From positions 85,250,001-85,314,000 of the forward strand of contig OX597823.1 in NCBI GenBank assembly GCA_951406725.2: 64,000 nt of DNA, written 5' to 3'. Under the pieces are notes generated by a model. That model worked only from the letters and a program-made list of their open reading frames with translations, was not told where the DNA came from and did not search any database. The translations under genes were made by a program, and so were the position numbers. Numbering within the stretch: position 1 is the first letter of the stretch; every line of letters starts with the position of its first letter. This document shows positions 43,311 to 57,083 of this stretch, piece by piece. This DNA comes from Octopus vulgaris. Its lineage: Eukaryota.

Positions 43311-43519
43311 ATGGTGGAAAATGGATGATGAAATATAAAAAAAAAATATCATACAATGGAATGAAAAGAAATTAATTTATAAACATATACTAAATACAAA
43401 CGTTTATAAACATTGTCACTGTATATACATATATATACATTTAACACACATAATACACATGCATAGCATCGACATACACATATCACACACACATATATGT
43501 GTTTATACATGCGTGCATT

Positions 43520-43552
<33 letters not shown>

Positions 43553-43641
43553 GTATGTATGTACATATGTATATATGTATATATATTTATATACATTGTA
43601 TATACATATATATACATTACACACACACACACACTCTCTCT

Positions 43642-43675
<34 letters not shown>

Positions 43676-44661
43676 CACTCAATTATATATGTATATTTTT
43701 GCGTGACCATCTGGGTGTTCAAATATAACTGTGTATATATTCAGATGTATATATGAATATATATATATGTGAAATGCGAAAGCCGGTAAAAATATAATTG
43801 CTCATGCGAAGAAGAAAAATAAAAGATGTTTGCCTCACAATTTCAACACATATAAAATGAATGGAAAGAAAGACGAACGAAAAATCTCTTTCAGGAGAAA
43901 TAGAGAAAAGATAATAAAACGTTTATTATTTTTCTTCCGTTAATACTTAATCACAATGTGGGATAAAATCTATTAGATGACAACACGAAGACTCTTTAGA
44001 GGTTAAAGAAACGAGCACGGAGAATGTAGAAGCTGAATGAAAAGGGTTGGGGGTTGCTATTCCACAATGGCTGAAAGAAAACTGCCCATTTCTTTCTTTC
44101 ATTTTCTCTGTTCAGTGAAAGCTTTCTATGAGTAAGTGGGTGACGGAGATGGCAGAAGTTTCGGGACTGGCTACGAAGATTTTTAATATCGGAGTAATAT
44201 GCGATAATACGGTCGGATCAAGCTTCAGAAGCCAGCAGTTGTAGGAGTGAGGCACGAAATTAAACTAATGCCACGGTAGAAAGACTTGTATTTAGATCAA
44301 GTTGTTGCAATCTCTCGCAATATTACATTGAAGGCCTTTCAACTGTATGTTATTAGAGCAATTTATTTAATTAGCAAAGTAATTTCTGGTGTTATCTTTG
44401 CCAAGATTTCAGGTAAAAGCATTTGCTCTCCCTTGATTCTTTCATATAAATTTTCCTCTCTCCCTCATTGACTTTCTGATCCGTAGCTACTTTTCTCCTC
44501 CCTTTGATGTGTATCCTTTCTCCTTCTCTATAGTTCGTATATAAATCTTTTATTTTCTCATTTAGTAATGCCTTTCAGCTTTCTTTCTTTCTCATCATTT
44601 TTCATTATGTTTATTCACTTTTCCTTATGTTTGTCTTCTTCCTTTCTTTCTTTCTTTCTTA

Positions 44662-44714
<53 letters not shown>

Positions 44715-45435
44715 TTTCTTTCTTTCTTCCTCTCTTTCTTCCTTTCTCTCCCTTGAACATTCATTTTTTTCTCTTTCGCTTTTCTGTTCCTTCCTTATCT
44801 CATATCATTTTTTCTTTCTGTTCAATTTAATTTTCCAACATTTTCTTTTATTCCCTTAACAATACTTTCGTTTTATTTGTCTTTCTACAGTTCCTGATAA
44901 CAAAGACTCTTAGAAGGGCAAACAAATAAATACTGGAAACCGAAAGAATCAGTAAGATGGCGGCAACGACGACCACGGCCTAAAACAGCAAATACAACGA
45001 TAAAAATGCCAAGACAGTAAAGGCAGGATTAAGAAAGGGATAAAGTTAATGAAACAACGTAAAGGAGAGAGAGTGCATATGTGTGTGTATGTATATGTGT
45101 ATGTGTGTGAGTGAGTGAGTGAGTGTGTGTGTGTTTGTATGTGATTGGGAGACAATAGGAGAGATAGAGAGTTCTACGTAGCGACATGGATTGAGATAAA
45201 CGGACTAAAGAAATAATCACTCACCTATACGTATAGTTATCTGGTAATCTAATTACTTCAGCATTATGCCTAGGCTGTGTATTTATTTATACATCTAGCC
45301 ACCAAAGGACCCTTTCATTGATATTATATATATATATAAGTGTGTGTACGTGCGTTTGCGCGTGCGTGTGTGTGTATGTGTGTGTACGTGCGTTTGCGCG
45401 TGCGTGTATGTGTGTGTTTGTGCCAGTATACACAC

Positions 45436-45516
<81 letters not shown>

Positions 45517-46380
45517 TATATATATATATGCATGTATGAATTTATGTATATTAAGATATAGAGAAAAAAACGAGAGAGAAAGCGAGGGAAAGAGAGGGGC
45601 ATATAGATAGAAAATTTTATGATTGTATATATAATACTAAGCAACAGTGTTCTTTAGAAGCATATAGAAGTGAATGACAATAGCACAACTGCAAACGAGG
45701 AAAAAAAGGCACTGATCTTGTAAAAGAGAGCAGGAAGAATGAAACATAACTGAGAGAAAGAGAAGAGAAATGAAGAATGAAAGAAGAAAATCGAAAGGAG
45801 ATATTAAGAAAGAACAAACAGAAAAACGACCCAATGGAAGAACGAACGAAACAAATAAATCGAAAAGAGTTAAGCGATGAGAAAACGTGAGTTTGCTTTG
45901 GATGGCTGAACGGATAAGAAAACAAGGAATGAATGGAAGAGTAAAAGCTGACTGATGGCTAATAGGAAAAGATAATATTTATATATTGTATTAAACAAAC
46001 AGAATATCTTGGTGTGTGCTTCCATTAGAAGAGAACAAGCGACTTGCCGTGAATCTTGCAGAGAGGTTAAGGAGAATGGTTACATATATTTTGGGTCACT
46101 TCTAGAATTAACAATTGCAGAAGTTACAGAGAAGCGAACGTAGTATTAGAAGTCAGCAAAGGAAAGATTTCTATTAATGATTGTCGAGAAGTTGTTTAGT
46201 TATAGTGATTTCTTTACAGAATTGGTTACGTTATGCATGTTAACGAAGTTAAGGAATGTGTATAGAGTTGAGTGTACGTAATATGAAGTAATACATCTTG
46301 CTGCCAACTACCTTGCTAAATACGTGCTTGGTAACTTTTTGTGTTTATGTATGTATATACGTATGTAATTATGTATGTAT

Positions 46381-46487
46381 GTCATTATTCAGTTTATTTC
46401 AAAATTTCTTGTCAAAAGAGAAAGAACCGGTTTCTAACCTAGAGTCAAGGTTCCTTTATTAGAATTTCAACATCAACAACAGGGTAT
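46381..46487 (-). repeat. ~105-bp (TACA)n-associated repeat, copy 1
   Basis: Matches 59456-59560 (..gaatttcaacatcaacaacagggta). Confidence 0.75.
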
Positions 46488-46494
46488 TTTTGTT

Positions 46495-46526
<32 letters not shown>

Positions 46527-46620
46527 TGTATGTGCAGATTTGTAACTTGTTTGTATATATTCTCCTTCATAGAGCTGCATATCTAATCATGCTCATATAT
46601 TTTGTATGTATGTATGTAGG

Positions 46621-46659
<39 letters not shown>

Positions 46660-47219
46660 CTTAAACGACATGCAAAGGTACATGAAGCCCAGTTACAACT
46701 ACAGCCGGCTATTACTGGTGTAAAGTTGTTAGTTGCCAATTCTGTACAAGACATTGTAGATCTTTAGCTGGGCTAAAAAGTCACATTCGATCACAGCACC
46801 AATAAGAATTGAGCTTCGTGCAATGGCCATATTCGATAACGAGGGGGCAGCCATCATGTATGTATGTATGTATGTATGTATGTATGTATGTATGCATGTA
46901 TGCATGCATATATGTATGTATGTATGCATGTATGTATGTATGTAAGTATGTACGTGCAGATTTTTATGTTATATGTATGTATTCTCATTCATAGAGTTAC
47001 ATATCTAGACATGCTCATAAATATTTAAATGATAAACTTCTGGAAAGTTTTACCGATTTTGAATGTATGCATGTATATATGTGAGTATGTGTGTTTGTAT
47101 GTATGTATGTATGTATGTATGTATGTATGTATGTATGTATGTATGTATGTATGTATGTATGTATGTGTTTGTGTGTGTATGTATGCAGGTATATATATTT
47201 GTATGTATGTATAATTTAT

Positions 47220-47382
47220 TTTCTTATAACAAACAGAAGAAACAGTCATTTTAGCAAAACATTAATCAATACTAAAAATAAGAAATAAAAATAAAAATAA
47301 ACAAACTTTTGAAGGTTTTACAGATATTTCAAAATTGTGATGCTATGATGCTAAGTGTTTCCATTATTTTGTCCAACCCCTG
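47220..47382. mobile_element. Tc1-like terminal fragment
   Basis: Minus strand reads TA|CAGGGGTTGGACAAAATAATGGAAACAC, a typical Tc1 TIR with TA target. Confidence 0.7.
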
Positions 47383-47791
47383 TATATATACATACAACAT
47401 GAAGGAATAGGCTTTTAGAATCCGAAGAAGTACCTTGTTATCACTCTGATATAATCCAGATGTGCCTAAACATATCAAATTATGGTGCATGCAGAATTGT
47501 TTCAGATAAACAATTACAAGATATTTCACTCAATATGGAAATCCATTGTTCGATTCATTGGATTTTATACAACATACAACGTATATAATCAAGACATCAT
47601 AAGGAAGAATGGAACACTAATCATCTTCATAATTTGTTTATTACGGTATTATTTTCATTAAATTTAAAGAGAATAACGCTGTAATAAACACATTTTGCAG
47701 GTACATTAGGCTCCAACCTTCTGTATGACATCCATGTATATATACATGTAGATATACGTATATACACACCTACATGCATATATATATACAA

Positions 47792-47867
<76 letters not shown>

Positions 47868-47870
<3 letters not shown>

Positions 47871-48200
47871 CGGGAAGCTTTATGAAAATAAACAAAAGAC
47901 GAAGGCAGGTGGAAAACAAACGAACAATTGTATTAGTATGGCGCTCAGGAAATATAAATAAAACAAGTCTTTAACGTTTCGAGCCTACGCTCTTCAACAG
48001 AAAGATACACAGAGAGAGAAAAACACAGAAAGAAGGAGAGAAAAAAAATGCGTGCAGTAGCTAACGAATCAACATGGCGATCTGATTTCGGCCAGAGGTC
48101 AAAGATCAAACATGGGACGCGAGAGCGAAATAAGGGGAGATAATAGGGTTGAGGGACCAGCTAAAAGTGCGTGGGAGGGGTCTGGATGTGTGTATGTATA
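47868..48200 (-). mobile_element. PLE-type terminal repeat in (TA)n with a minimal HHR variant at 47968-48005
   Basis: Minus strand: tcttt-CTGTTGA-agagc-gtag-gctc-GAAA-cg-TT-aaaga. Confidence 0.6.
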
Positions 48201-48237
48201 GGGTTGGTGTATGTTATATATATATATATATATATAC

Positions 48238-48367
48238 GTAGCGGTTCGTGAAACAGACCACTAGAATAAGTACTAGGCTTAGTATGTAATACCCTTCAAA
48301 TTGGTGCTCCAGCATGGTTGCAATCAAATGAATGAAACGAGTAAATGAATTAAATAATAGAGTAAAA

Positions 48368-48370
<3 letters not shown>
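48238..48370 (+). mobile_element. SINE family A 3' fragment
   Basis: tagcggttcg..tagaataagtact..ggtgctccagcatgg. Confidence 0.7.
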
Positions 48371-48419
<49 letters not shown>

Positions 48420-48619
48420 GCATGTGTATTTTTTCAATGTTTACAAACAGCACGGAAAAAAATAAATAGTTACCAGGGTAGTAAAATTTCGCACAAGTAC
48501 CAACGGTGTAAAAGCCTACTTATAAAGGTAGAGATTCCATGTTTTGGTGAAATGATTTTGTATTACATAGATAAATAAATCAATGGAGATAAACGCAGAT
48601 GTTATTCAAATCTTAATAC

Positions 48620-48705
48620 TTCCGACATACGTTTCGAACTAAACACTGGTATTATTCCAGAGGGAATAAAGTGATGTAAAACAAAGCAATCTTCTCATCA
48701 GGGAA
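48620..48705 (-). ncRNA. Type I hammerhead ribozyme motif with canonical core and GUC site
   Basis: ttcc-CTGATGA-gaa...ttc-GAAAC-gtat-GTC-ggaa. Confidence 0.75.
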
Positions 48706-50669
48706 AAAAAAGAGAAATAAAAATAAATCAATAAGGGTCAGGCAAATTCCCGTTAAGGCCTTCCGTTTCTGACAAATCAAAATATAAAAGACTGGACTAA
48801 ATTGCAACACCTCATACCCCGAGGTAAAAATGGGTTTTATGTATAGCCAACACCCCAGGATATAATAAAGCAAATGCACAGAAATATCGATGACAATTTC
48901 AAAATGAAGACGTGGAATAGAAAAACACCTCGGAGTCGAGAATACTGGGAAAATGTCATCAGTGGGCTATGCTCAGCTCCGTGTGAAGAACTTAAATAGT
49001 AAAGAAACTGGTAGAAATTTTTGAAATAGAAATTATGGTACCAGAGTCGCCATGGAAGTGAAGATGTGGTTATAGTAATTGGATTAGGATATATTTATGT
49101 AGAGCGAAATATAGGCTAAACTGAGGAATTGTGTTTTGTAATGATGCGTATTATTTTGTTCTGTATACGTTCTTAATCTGAAATGAATAGCAAATACATT
49201 GAAAAACAATATATATTTGTTTAGCAATTTCGAATGGAGAGAACTGAAAATGAATGCTTGTATATACGTATGTATGTATATATGCATGTACGAATGCATG
49301 TATGCATGTATGTATGCAAAGGTGTTGTATGCATGTATGTATGTATGCATGTATGTGTGTATGCTTGTATATATGTACGTTTTTTTGTATGTATATATGT
49401 AATGTATGCATGTATATACATACATATATTTATATATATCTGTGTGTGTACATGTACGTTAATACATACATATATATATATATATATGCGTGTGCATATA
49501 TATGTATGTATGTGTGTATATATATATATGTATGTATTTATGTAGATGGGAGGGAAAGTGTGTGGGAGAGAGAGAAAAAGAGACATATTAATAGGTAGAT
49601 ACATAAATATAAGTGCAAATATGGATATAATATATATATTTATGCACACACATAAACACACACTCACGTACATATATATATGCATAATTTACGCATATAT
49701 ATACATATGCATATATATATATATATATGTCATATCATATGTATATACATACATGTGTATGTGTATATATATTTGTCTGTGTGTGTATGCGTGTGGATGT
49801 GTATACATATACGTTTGTATGCACGTGTTTACGTATGTGTGTTTGTATTAATGCAGCTCCTAATTTGAATATTTTTGTAAACGTTTCGAAAAGCTTTTGA
49901 GTAGAACGTAAAGTCGTTGAACAGGAGCGCAGCACATTTAGCTTTGTTCAGACATGAACATCTTGGAAATTATTTCAATTATCCAGGTTGTTTTAATTTG
50001 TATCACGTGGTTCAATATCATCAAAAGCCTATTTTTGTAGTTGTTTTTTTTTTCATCTAATCATCTTTTTCCTTCTGTTGTGGAATTATTAAGGTAATAT
50101 CATCTTTTATATATTTAACTCGAAGATTTTGATTGAAGCATCATTATTTTAAAGAGAAAGAAAAAATATACAAAAAAGAATGAAATAAACTAAAATACAT
50201 TCAATTTAATTATTAGTTACGTGGGAAAATATGATATTATTGCAGTGCCATTACTTATCAATATCTGTATGAGAAACATGATATGAGTGGAATGGCATTT
50301 TAAGAAGAATATAATCAAGTTAGACATCATGCATGCCTCTTATACTCTAAGTAATGTTATATTTCTTTATGGGTGTTCTTGGTATTTTATTATTTAATCT
50401 AATGACATGCGAGATTTCCTAATTATTTCCACAAAACATCTCATTGCTGTGCAAAGATTTCTTTTTAGATAAACATCGCTTGTTAATACGATCTTTAATA
50501 TTTCTCAATGTTAATATACAATATTTAATATTCTTCAATAAAATCTTCACGTGTTGTAAGTTGTTCTTTCTACAATTAGAAATTCTATTTCTTTTTGTAT
50601 GGAGAATTATGCAGAATGGTTTCTCTATAAATACTGCATTATAATTGAATTATATTCCATAATATTTAT

Positions 50670-50728
<59 letters not shown>

Positions 50729-50862
50729 TAACATACAGCACAAAGACGTATATTGAGACGTATATTGATAAGTGGAATTACATAGAGACGATTTGGATAT
50801 TGACTATATAAACGAAACTGTGTATACGTATGATTATTTGCATGTTAGAAAATATATATATA

Positions 50863-50906
<44 letters not shown>

Positions 50907-50976
50907 TGTGCGTGAGTGTGGGTATGTAAGCATGTGTATAAATGTGTGCGTATATATATATATATATATATAAATG

Positions 50977-51044
<68 letters not shown>

Positions 51045-51084
51045 TAAATGAAAGAATGGAGTTGAACGAAGATTTTAACAAAAT

Positions 51085-51181
51085 TCCTTTACTCTCGACA
51101 CATGTTTCGAAGACGGCATACTTTTAATTCCGAAAGAATAAATGGTGCATTATGCCATCTTCTCATCAGGAAAGATAAGGA
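51085..51181 (-). ncRNA. Type I hammerhead ribozyme motif, fully canonical (GUC)
   Basis: tccttatctttc-CTGATGA-gaagatggcata...tatgccgtcttc-GAAAC-atgt-GTC-gagagtaaagga. Confidence 0.85.
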
Positions 51182-51277
51182 GCCTCTTTCAGCCATAAGA
51201 CGAACAAACAATTTTGATGATTTCCTACATGGTGTCCATCATCAACATTTTTTGTTCGTCTTGTGGCTGAAAGAGGC

Positions 51278-51374
51278 TCCTTATCTTTCCTGATGAGAAG
51301 ATGGCATAATGCACCATTTATTCTTTCGGAATTAAAAGTATGCCGTCTTCGAAACATGTGTTGAGAGTAAAGGA
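51278..51374 (+). ncRNA. Type I hammerhead ribozyme motif (GUU site)
   Basis: Identical to the partner except the cleavage triplet is GTT at 51360-51362. Confidence 0.8.
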
Positions 51375-51855
51375 ATTTTGTTAAAATCTTCGTTCGACGC
51401 CATTCTTTCATTTATTCATATAAAAAAACACACAAATTTCCACACAAGAACCCGGAGTTTCTACTCTTAACAGGTCGCTTCAACCGTGTTTTCTGACGTG
51501 AATTTGCTACCCAGGTATCGCTTAACCGAATTTCCCATGCTAGGATAATTCATTCACCTAATGTGTGTGTGTGTGTGTGTGTGAGTGTGTGTGTGTATCT
51601 ATATATTTCCTTATATTTATCTATCAGTATACCAATCTATCTATCTGTATTACATACTTGCAAACACACGCATACGCATGCGTGTGCATGCACGCACACA
51701 CACTCACGTACACACGCAGATACACACACAGAATGAGAGAGGAGCTAGTCAGACATACATACATGCAGACAGAGACAGACAAACAGAGATAGATAGATAA
51801 ATAGGTAGACAGATAGATAGATAGATAGATAGATAGGTAGATAGATAGATAGATG

Positions 51856-51917
<62 letters not shown>

Positions 51918-51934
51918 CAGATAGATAGACAGAC

Positions 51935-52056
<122 letters not shown>

Positions 52057-52439
52057 TGGTGGATTCACTGACAAATAGACAAACATTGAAATATACTTAG
52101 GTATATATACACACATACTCATATATATTAAAGAGATGAAGTACATAGAGATGCGATACATAGATGTATAGAAACAGTGTTAAATGCATATAACCAAACA
52201 TATGCATATAGATGATGGATGTGTGCCTTTGTGTGTGAGTGTGTGTCAGTGTGTGTGTGTGTATTTGTGTGTGTGAGTGTGGGGTTACTTGTGTGTTTGT
52301 GTCTACACATCTACATGTACTTTTGTATCATTTTTTTCTGTTTGTGTTTTCTTAAGAGTATCCTCTCATTATTCACTTCATTAAGTTATATGAAGACGAT
52401 GATTATTTCTTGCATTTGTTGTTATTTCTTCATTAAGTC

Positions 52440-52900
52440 GAACAGAATGAGAGAGAGATTTTAGAACGAGTGAGAAAGATTGTTAGAGAAAGAAAGAGTT
52501 TGAGAGAGAACGAGAAAAGGATAAAGAAAGCGTAGGGAAGGGAAAGAGAGCAAGGGAAGCAAGGAGAGCATGAGGAGAGAGAGAGATACCGCAAGGGGAG
52601 CGAGAGAGGAGAAAGAGACAGCAAGGAGAGCGAGAGGGGAGAGAGAGACAGCAAGGGGAGCATGAGGGGAGAGATAGCAAGGACAGCGAGAAGAGAAAGA
52701 GAGAGCAAAGAGAGCGGGAGTGGTGAGAGAGAAAATGAGAGAAGGGGAGTGAGTGAGAGAAACAGAGAGAGAGAGAGAAGAAGAGAGTGAGAGAAGAAGA
52801 ATGAGGGAGAAAGAAAGAGATTGAAAATGAGAGCAAGTGAAGGAGAGAGAAGGAAAGTAAGAGAGTTAGACAAACTGGAAGACGGAGAAAGAAAAGGGCT
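52440..52900 (+). repeat. Polypurine tract containing a degenerate ~25-31-bp minisatellite (gcaagg(a/g)gagc...gagagaca)
   Basis: About six gcaagg/gcaaag-anchored units at 52550-52720. Confidence 0.75.
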
Positions 52901-52938
52901 AGAAATAATAATCGCTGAATTGTTCGATTATACAGATG

Positions 52939-53229
52939 CTGTCGTTACGTTCTGAGTTCAAATTCCGCCGAGGTCGATTTTGCCATTCATCCTTTCGGGG
53001 TCGATAAATTAAATACCACTTACGCACTGGGGTCGATGTAACCGACTTAATCTCTTAGTCCTTGTTTGTCCCCTCCATGTTTAGCCCCTTGTGGGCAATA
53101 AAGAAATAAGAAATATTAGCACGTCGGGTGAAATGCTTAGCGGTGTTTCGTCTGCCACTACGTTCTGAGTTCAAATTCCGCCGAGGTCAACTTTGCCTTT
53201 CGAGGTCGATAAATTAAGTACCAGTTGCG
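52939..53229 (+). mobile_element. SINE family B tandem dimer, both units partial
   Basis: Two gttctgagttcaaattccgccgaggtc units. Confidence 0.85.
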
Positions 53230-53310
53230 TGTGTGTGTGTTTGACAAGTTAGACATGGCCTGGACCAATCTTTGGTCGAAACATATCTAAGTATATATAT
53301 ATATATATAT

Positions 53311-53736
53311 AGGCGCAGCAATGGCTGTGTAATAAGTAGCTTGCTTACAAACCACATGGTTTCGGGTACAGTGACACCGCGTGGCATCTTGGGCAAGTCT
53401 TTTTCTACTATACCCTCGGTCCCAACAAATCTTTGTGAGTGAATTTGGTAGACAGAAACTGAAAGAAGCCTGTCGTATATATACATGTATATGTGTGTGT
53501 GTGAGTGTGTGTATGTGTGTCTATGTGTGTGTATGACTATGTTTGTGTGACTGTACTTGTGTTCCCCCACCATCGCTTGACAACCGATGCTGGAGTGTTT
53601 ACGTTCCCGTAATTAAGCGGTTCGGCAAAAGTGACATATGCAGTAAGTACTAGACTTACAAATAATTTATTCGACTAAAGGCGGTACTCCAGGTGACCGC
53701 AGTCAAGTTACTGAAACAAATAAATGAATAAAAGAA
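53311..53736 (+). mobile_element. SINE family A, full length, in (TA)n
   Basis: aggcgcagcaatggctgtgt...gcatcttgggcaagt...ctgaaacaaataaatgaataaaag. Confidence 0.9.
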
Positions 53737-53740
53737 TATA

Positions 53741-53816
<76 letters not shown>

Positions 53817-54369
53817 TTATTTGGGATGAACAACAGATGCTTGGATCATTGATATAAGATATTATATTCTTCGGCTGACAAAGTGATAGGGATGCAACTG
53901 TCATTTCTAGCAGAGCAAATAACCTGCATCAGGTTCCTCTTTGACTATTCTGCACGTCTTTTACTAAAGCCTTTTCTCAAAGGACGACTTTAAAGAAACG
54001 AAAACAACAGCAACAAAAAACATTCACCTTCCTACGAGGCTTTCATTTATAACCCTTGCTCCAGAACGAACCTCACACCGCACTTCATAAATATGTAACA
54101 ACAATGCTTTACTCTCCAGATATTATTTCTATTAGTTCTTCATTTTCTCCACCATTACTAAAACATTTCGTCTTTTTACCATAGTTTACATTCAGTGCCA
54201 TTGCTTCTTAAAGAACATAAAAGAAAAATGAACGGCATTATATATTGTCAAATGCCAAACGTTAAATATCCTCTCGAGTTCATTAATGTCCGAAACGTAA
54301 CTCTATGGACTGATACGCACACATATATTCGCGCATACACAAACACAGATACACATATATATCTGTACG

Positions 54370-54412
<43 letters not shown>

Positions 54413-54654
54413 ATGTATAGGTACACACACACATACACACACATAAACACACATAAACATATATAGGCAAAAGTGAATACCTATATATATACACACTGAT
54501 ATGTGTACGTATAAATCTGTATCTATTTGTGTATTTATATATATAAAGGCATATACATATGTATATACACAAACACAAACACACACACATATATATATAT
54601 ACATATATATGTATATATATATATATATACATACATATATCCATATATCCATAT

Positions 54655-54693
<39 letters not shown>

Positions 54694-55420
54694 TATATAT
54701 ATATACAGACATGCATAATACTGCTCACAAACATAGGCGGATGTATATATGCAATACAGGTTTCCTATTATGTGTGTGTGTATATATATATATATATATA
54801 CATGCGTGTCTCATTCTATGTCTCTTTCTATGTGCGTATATGTGCGTCTGTGTAGGTGTTCAAGTATGTGCGTATGGGTGTAAATAAAACACACAGAAAA
54901 CACAATTGAATTTATACAATGTTCCCATTGATATGCATACATTATTGATTAACTGAAAGATATTTCTGCTAAAATGTGCTGTCCTTTTATAGTCCATGTA
55001 TATAAAGTACATATTTTCCTGTATTTTGACTTTCGTTTCGTGGATGTATATATACATGTGCATTCCTTTATCTGGTACATTTATGTCTAGAGTAGAAAAC
55101 AAGCGAACAGAAAACATGATTGCAACAAATTGCAGCTCTAAGCTAGTCTTGCGGCATTTTTCCTGCTTTGAAAGCTCTGTTACTCTTGAGTGTTTCTTAA
55201 GTGCTTGCTGTTGTTGTCTAGATACGTGCTAATTTTGTGGAGACACTCATACACAAAAGGATTTTTTTGTGTGCTATCACTGTTCTAGAGAAATAGAAAA
55301 GTAGCTAAAGGTGCTGTAAGACGTTTACGTTTAACTTAATATTTCCACAAAAGCGAGAGCGAGCGAGCGAGGAAAAGAGACCGACATTTATGTATGTGTC
55401 CGTGTCTGTATATATATATA

Positions 55421-55522
<102 letters not shown>

Positions 55523-55524
55523 TA

Positions 55525-55579
<55 letters not shown>

Positions 55580-55599
55580 TATATACATATACATATACA

Positions 55600-55646
<47 letters not shown>

Positions 55647-55747
55647 TTATATGTATATATATATATATATGTAAGTGGGTGTGTATGTAAGTGTGTGTGT
55701 GTATGTATGTATATATATGTAAATATTTATGAATGAATGTATATCAA

Positions 55748-55793
<46 letters not shown>

Positions 55794-56391
55794 GTTATAC
55801 ATGGAGAAGGAGACTAGCAAGTGAGGAGATGAGAGATGGGTTAAGAGAAAGACAAAGTGAGACATATAGATAGACACACACACACACACATACACACACA
55901 CACACACACACATAGACGCATACGCACACACACACCGACACACGGAATACGGGAGTGAAAGAAACTCTGAGATAACAAAAGGAAAAGTAACAATAACAAA
56001 AACAATACAAAAATAAAATCCATATCTAAATTGACTGGGGACAATTTTCATACACAATTAGGAATGGAGTTTGTTTCATCTTCCATTTTTCTTTGAGGTT
56101 TCATTTTTCAATAACATCTTTTCTTTATCTGGAGAAGAAAACGACTTGTCTAGTATTTAGTGAAATTATTATATGCTGTCATTATAGGCAATCTAACATA
56201 GAAAATTGCTCCAACCTCAGTAGTGGCTTTAATTATCCCTGTGAACTGTGTCCATCCATATTTTATATGCTCAAACATCTTTGTCAACAGCCTTTCTTCG
56301 TATTAATATTCTTCAATCTTTCTCTCCTTTCCGTTATTTCCTCTACAAACTCGAATCCAAATCTCTAAACTTCCTAATTTTCTAGCATCAC

Positions 56392-56910
56392 TTTCTTCTT
56401 CTTTTTCTTCTTGGTCTTCTTCTTCTTCTTCTTCTTCTTCTTCTTCTTCTTCTTCTTCTTCTTCTTCTTCTTCTTCTTCTTCTTCTTCTTCTTCTTCTTC
56501 TTCTTCTTTTTCTTCTTGGTCTTCTTCTTCTTGGTCTTCTTCTTCTTCTTCTTCTTCTTCTTCTTCTTCTTCTTCTTCTTCTTCTTCTTCTTCTTCTTCT
56601 TCTTCTTCTTCTTCTTCTACGTCATCATTAGTATCATCGTCGTCGTCGTCATCATCATCATCATCATCATCGTCGTCGTCGTCATCATCATCATCTTGTT
56701 TTCTTCATCGTCATCGACAACGTCGTCATTGTTAACATCATCATCGTCATCACCATCATCATCACCGTCATGAACATCGTCATCATCATCATCATCATCA
56801 TATTCTTCTTCTTCTTCTTCTTCTTCTTCTTCTTCTTCTTCTTCTTCTTCTTCTTCTTCTTCTTCTTCTTCTTCTTCTTCTTCTTCTTCTTCTTCTTCTT
56901 CTTCTTCTCC
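56392..56910. repeat. Compound (CTT)n-(CAT/CGT)n-(CTT)n microsatellite
   Basis: Seen directly. Explains the poly-F ORFs. Confidence 0.95.
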
Positions 56911-57026
56911 TCCTCCTCTCTCTACCCTTCCTTTCTCTTATTTCTTATTACTTATTTGTTGTCTTTTGTCTCCTAAACAACAGATCCTCTCAGTTTTCCA
57001 AACTACGTTCTATTTTTATTATTTTA

Positions 57027-57083
<57 letters not shown>

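Larger units (their letters stand above)
51037..51422. repeat. Long inverted repeat P1 (185-bp arms, 6 mismatches counted, 16-nt spacer) with two divergent HHRs
   Basis: 51037-51221 is the reverse complement of 51238-51422. Mirror ORFs 51102+ and 51166- share MFRRRHTFNSER. Confidence 0.97.

Noticed and set aside
51102-51411. Mirror-image small ORFs (MFRRRHTFNSER...) as peptides
   Set aside because: A by-product of the palindrome.
51037-51422. P1, P2 and P3 as classical MITEs or pre-miRNAs
   Set aside because: No recognisable transposase-type TIR ends, one arm continues into a family-related tail in P1 and P2, HHR cores are present, and the stems are far longer than pre-miRNAs. A MITE origin is disfavoured but not excluded.
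53311-53390. tRNA genes at SINE heads
   Set aside because: Only A/B-box-like remnants; no complete cloverleaf, and they continue into SINE bodies.
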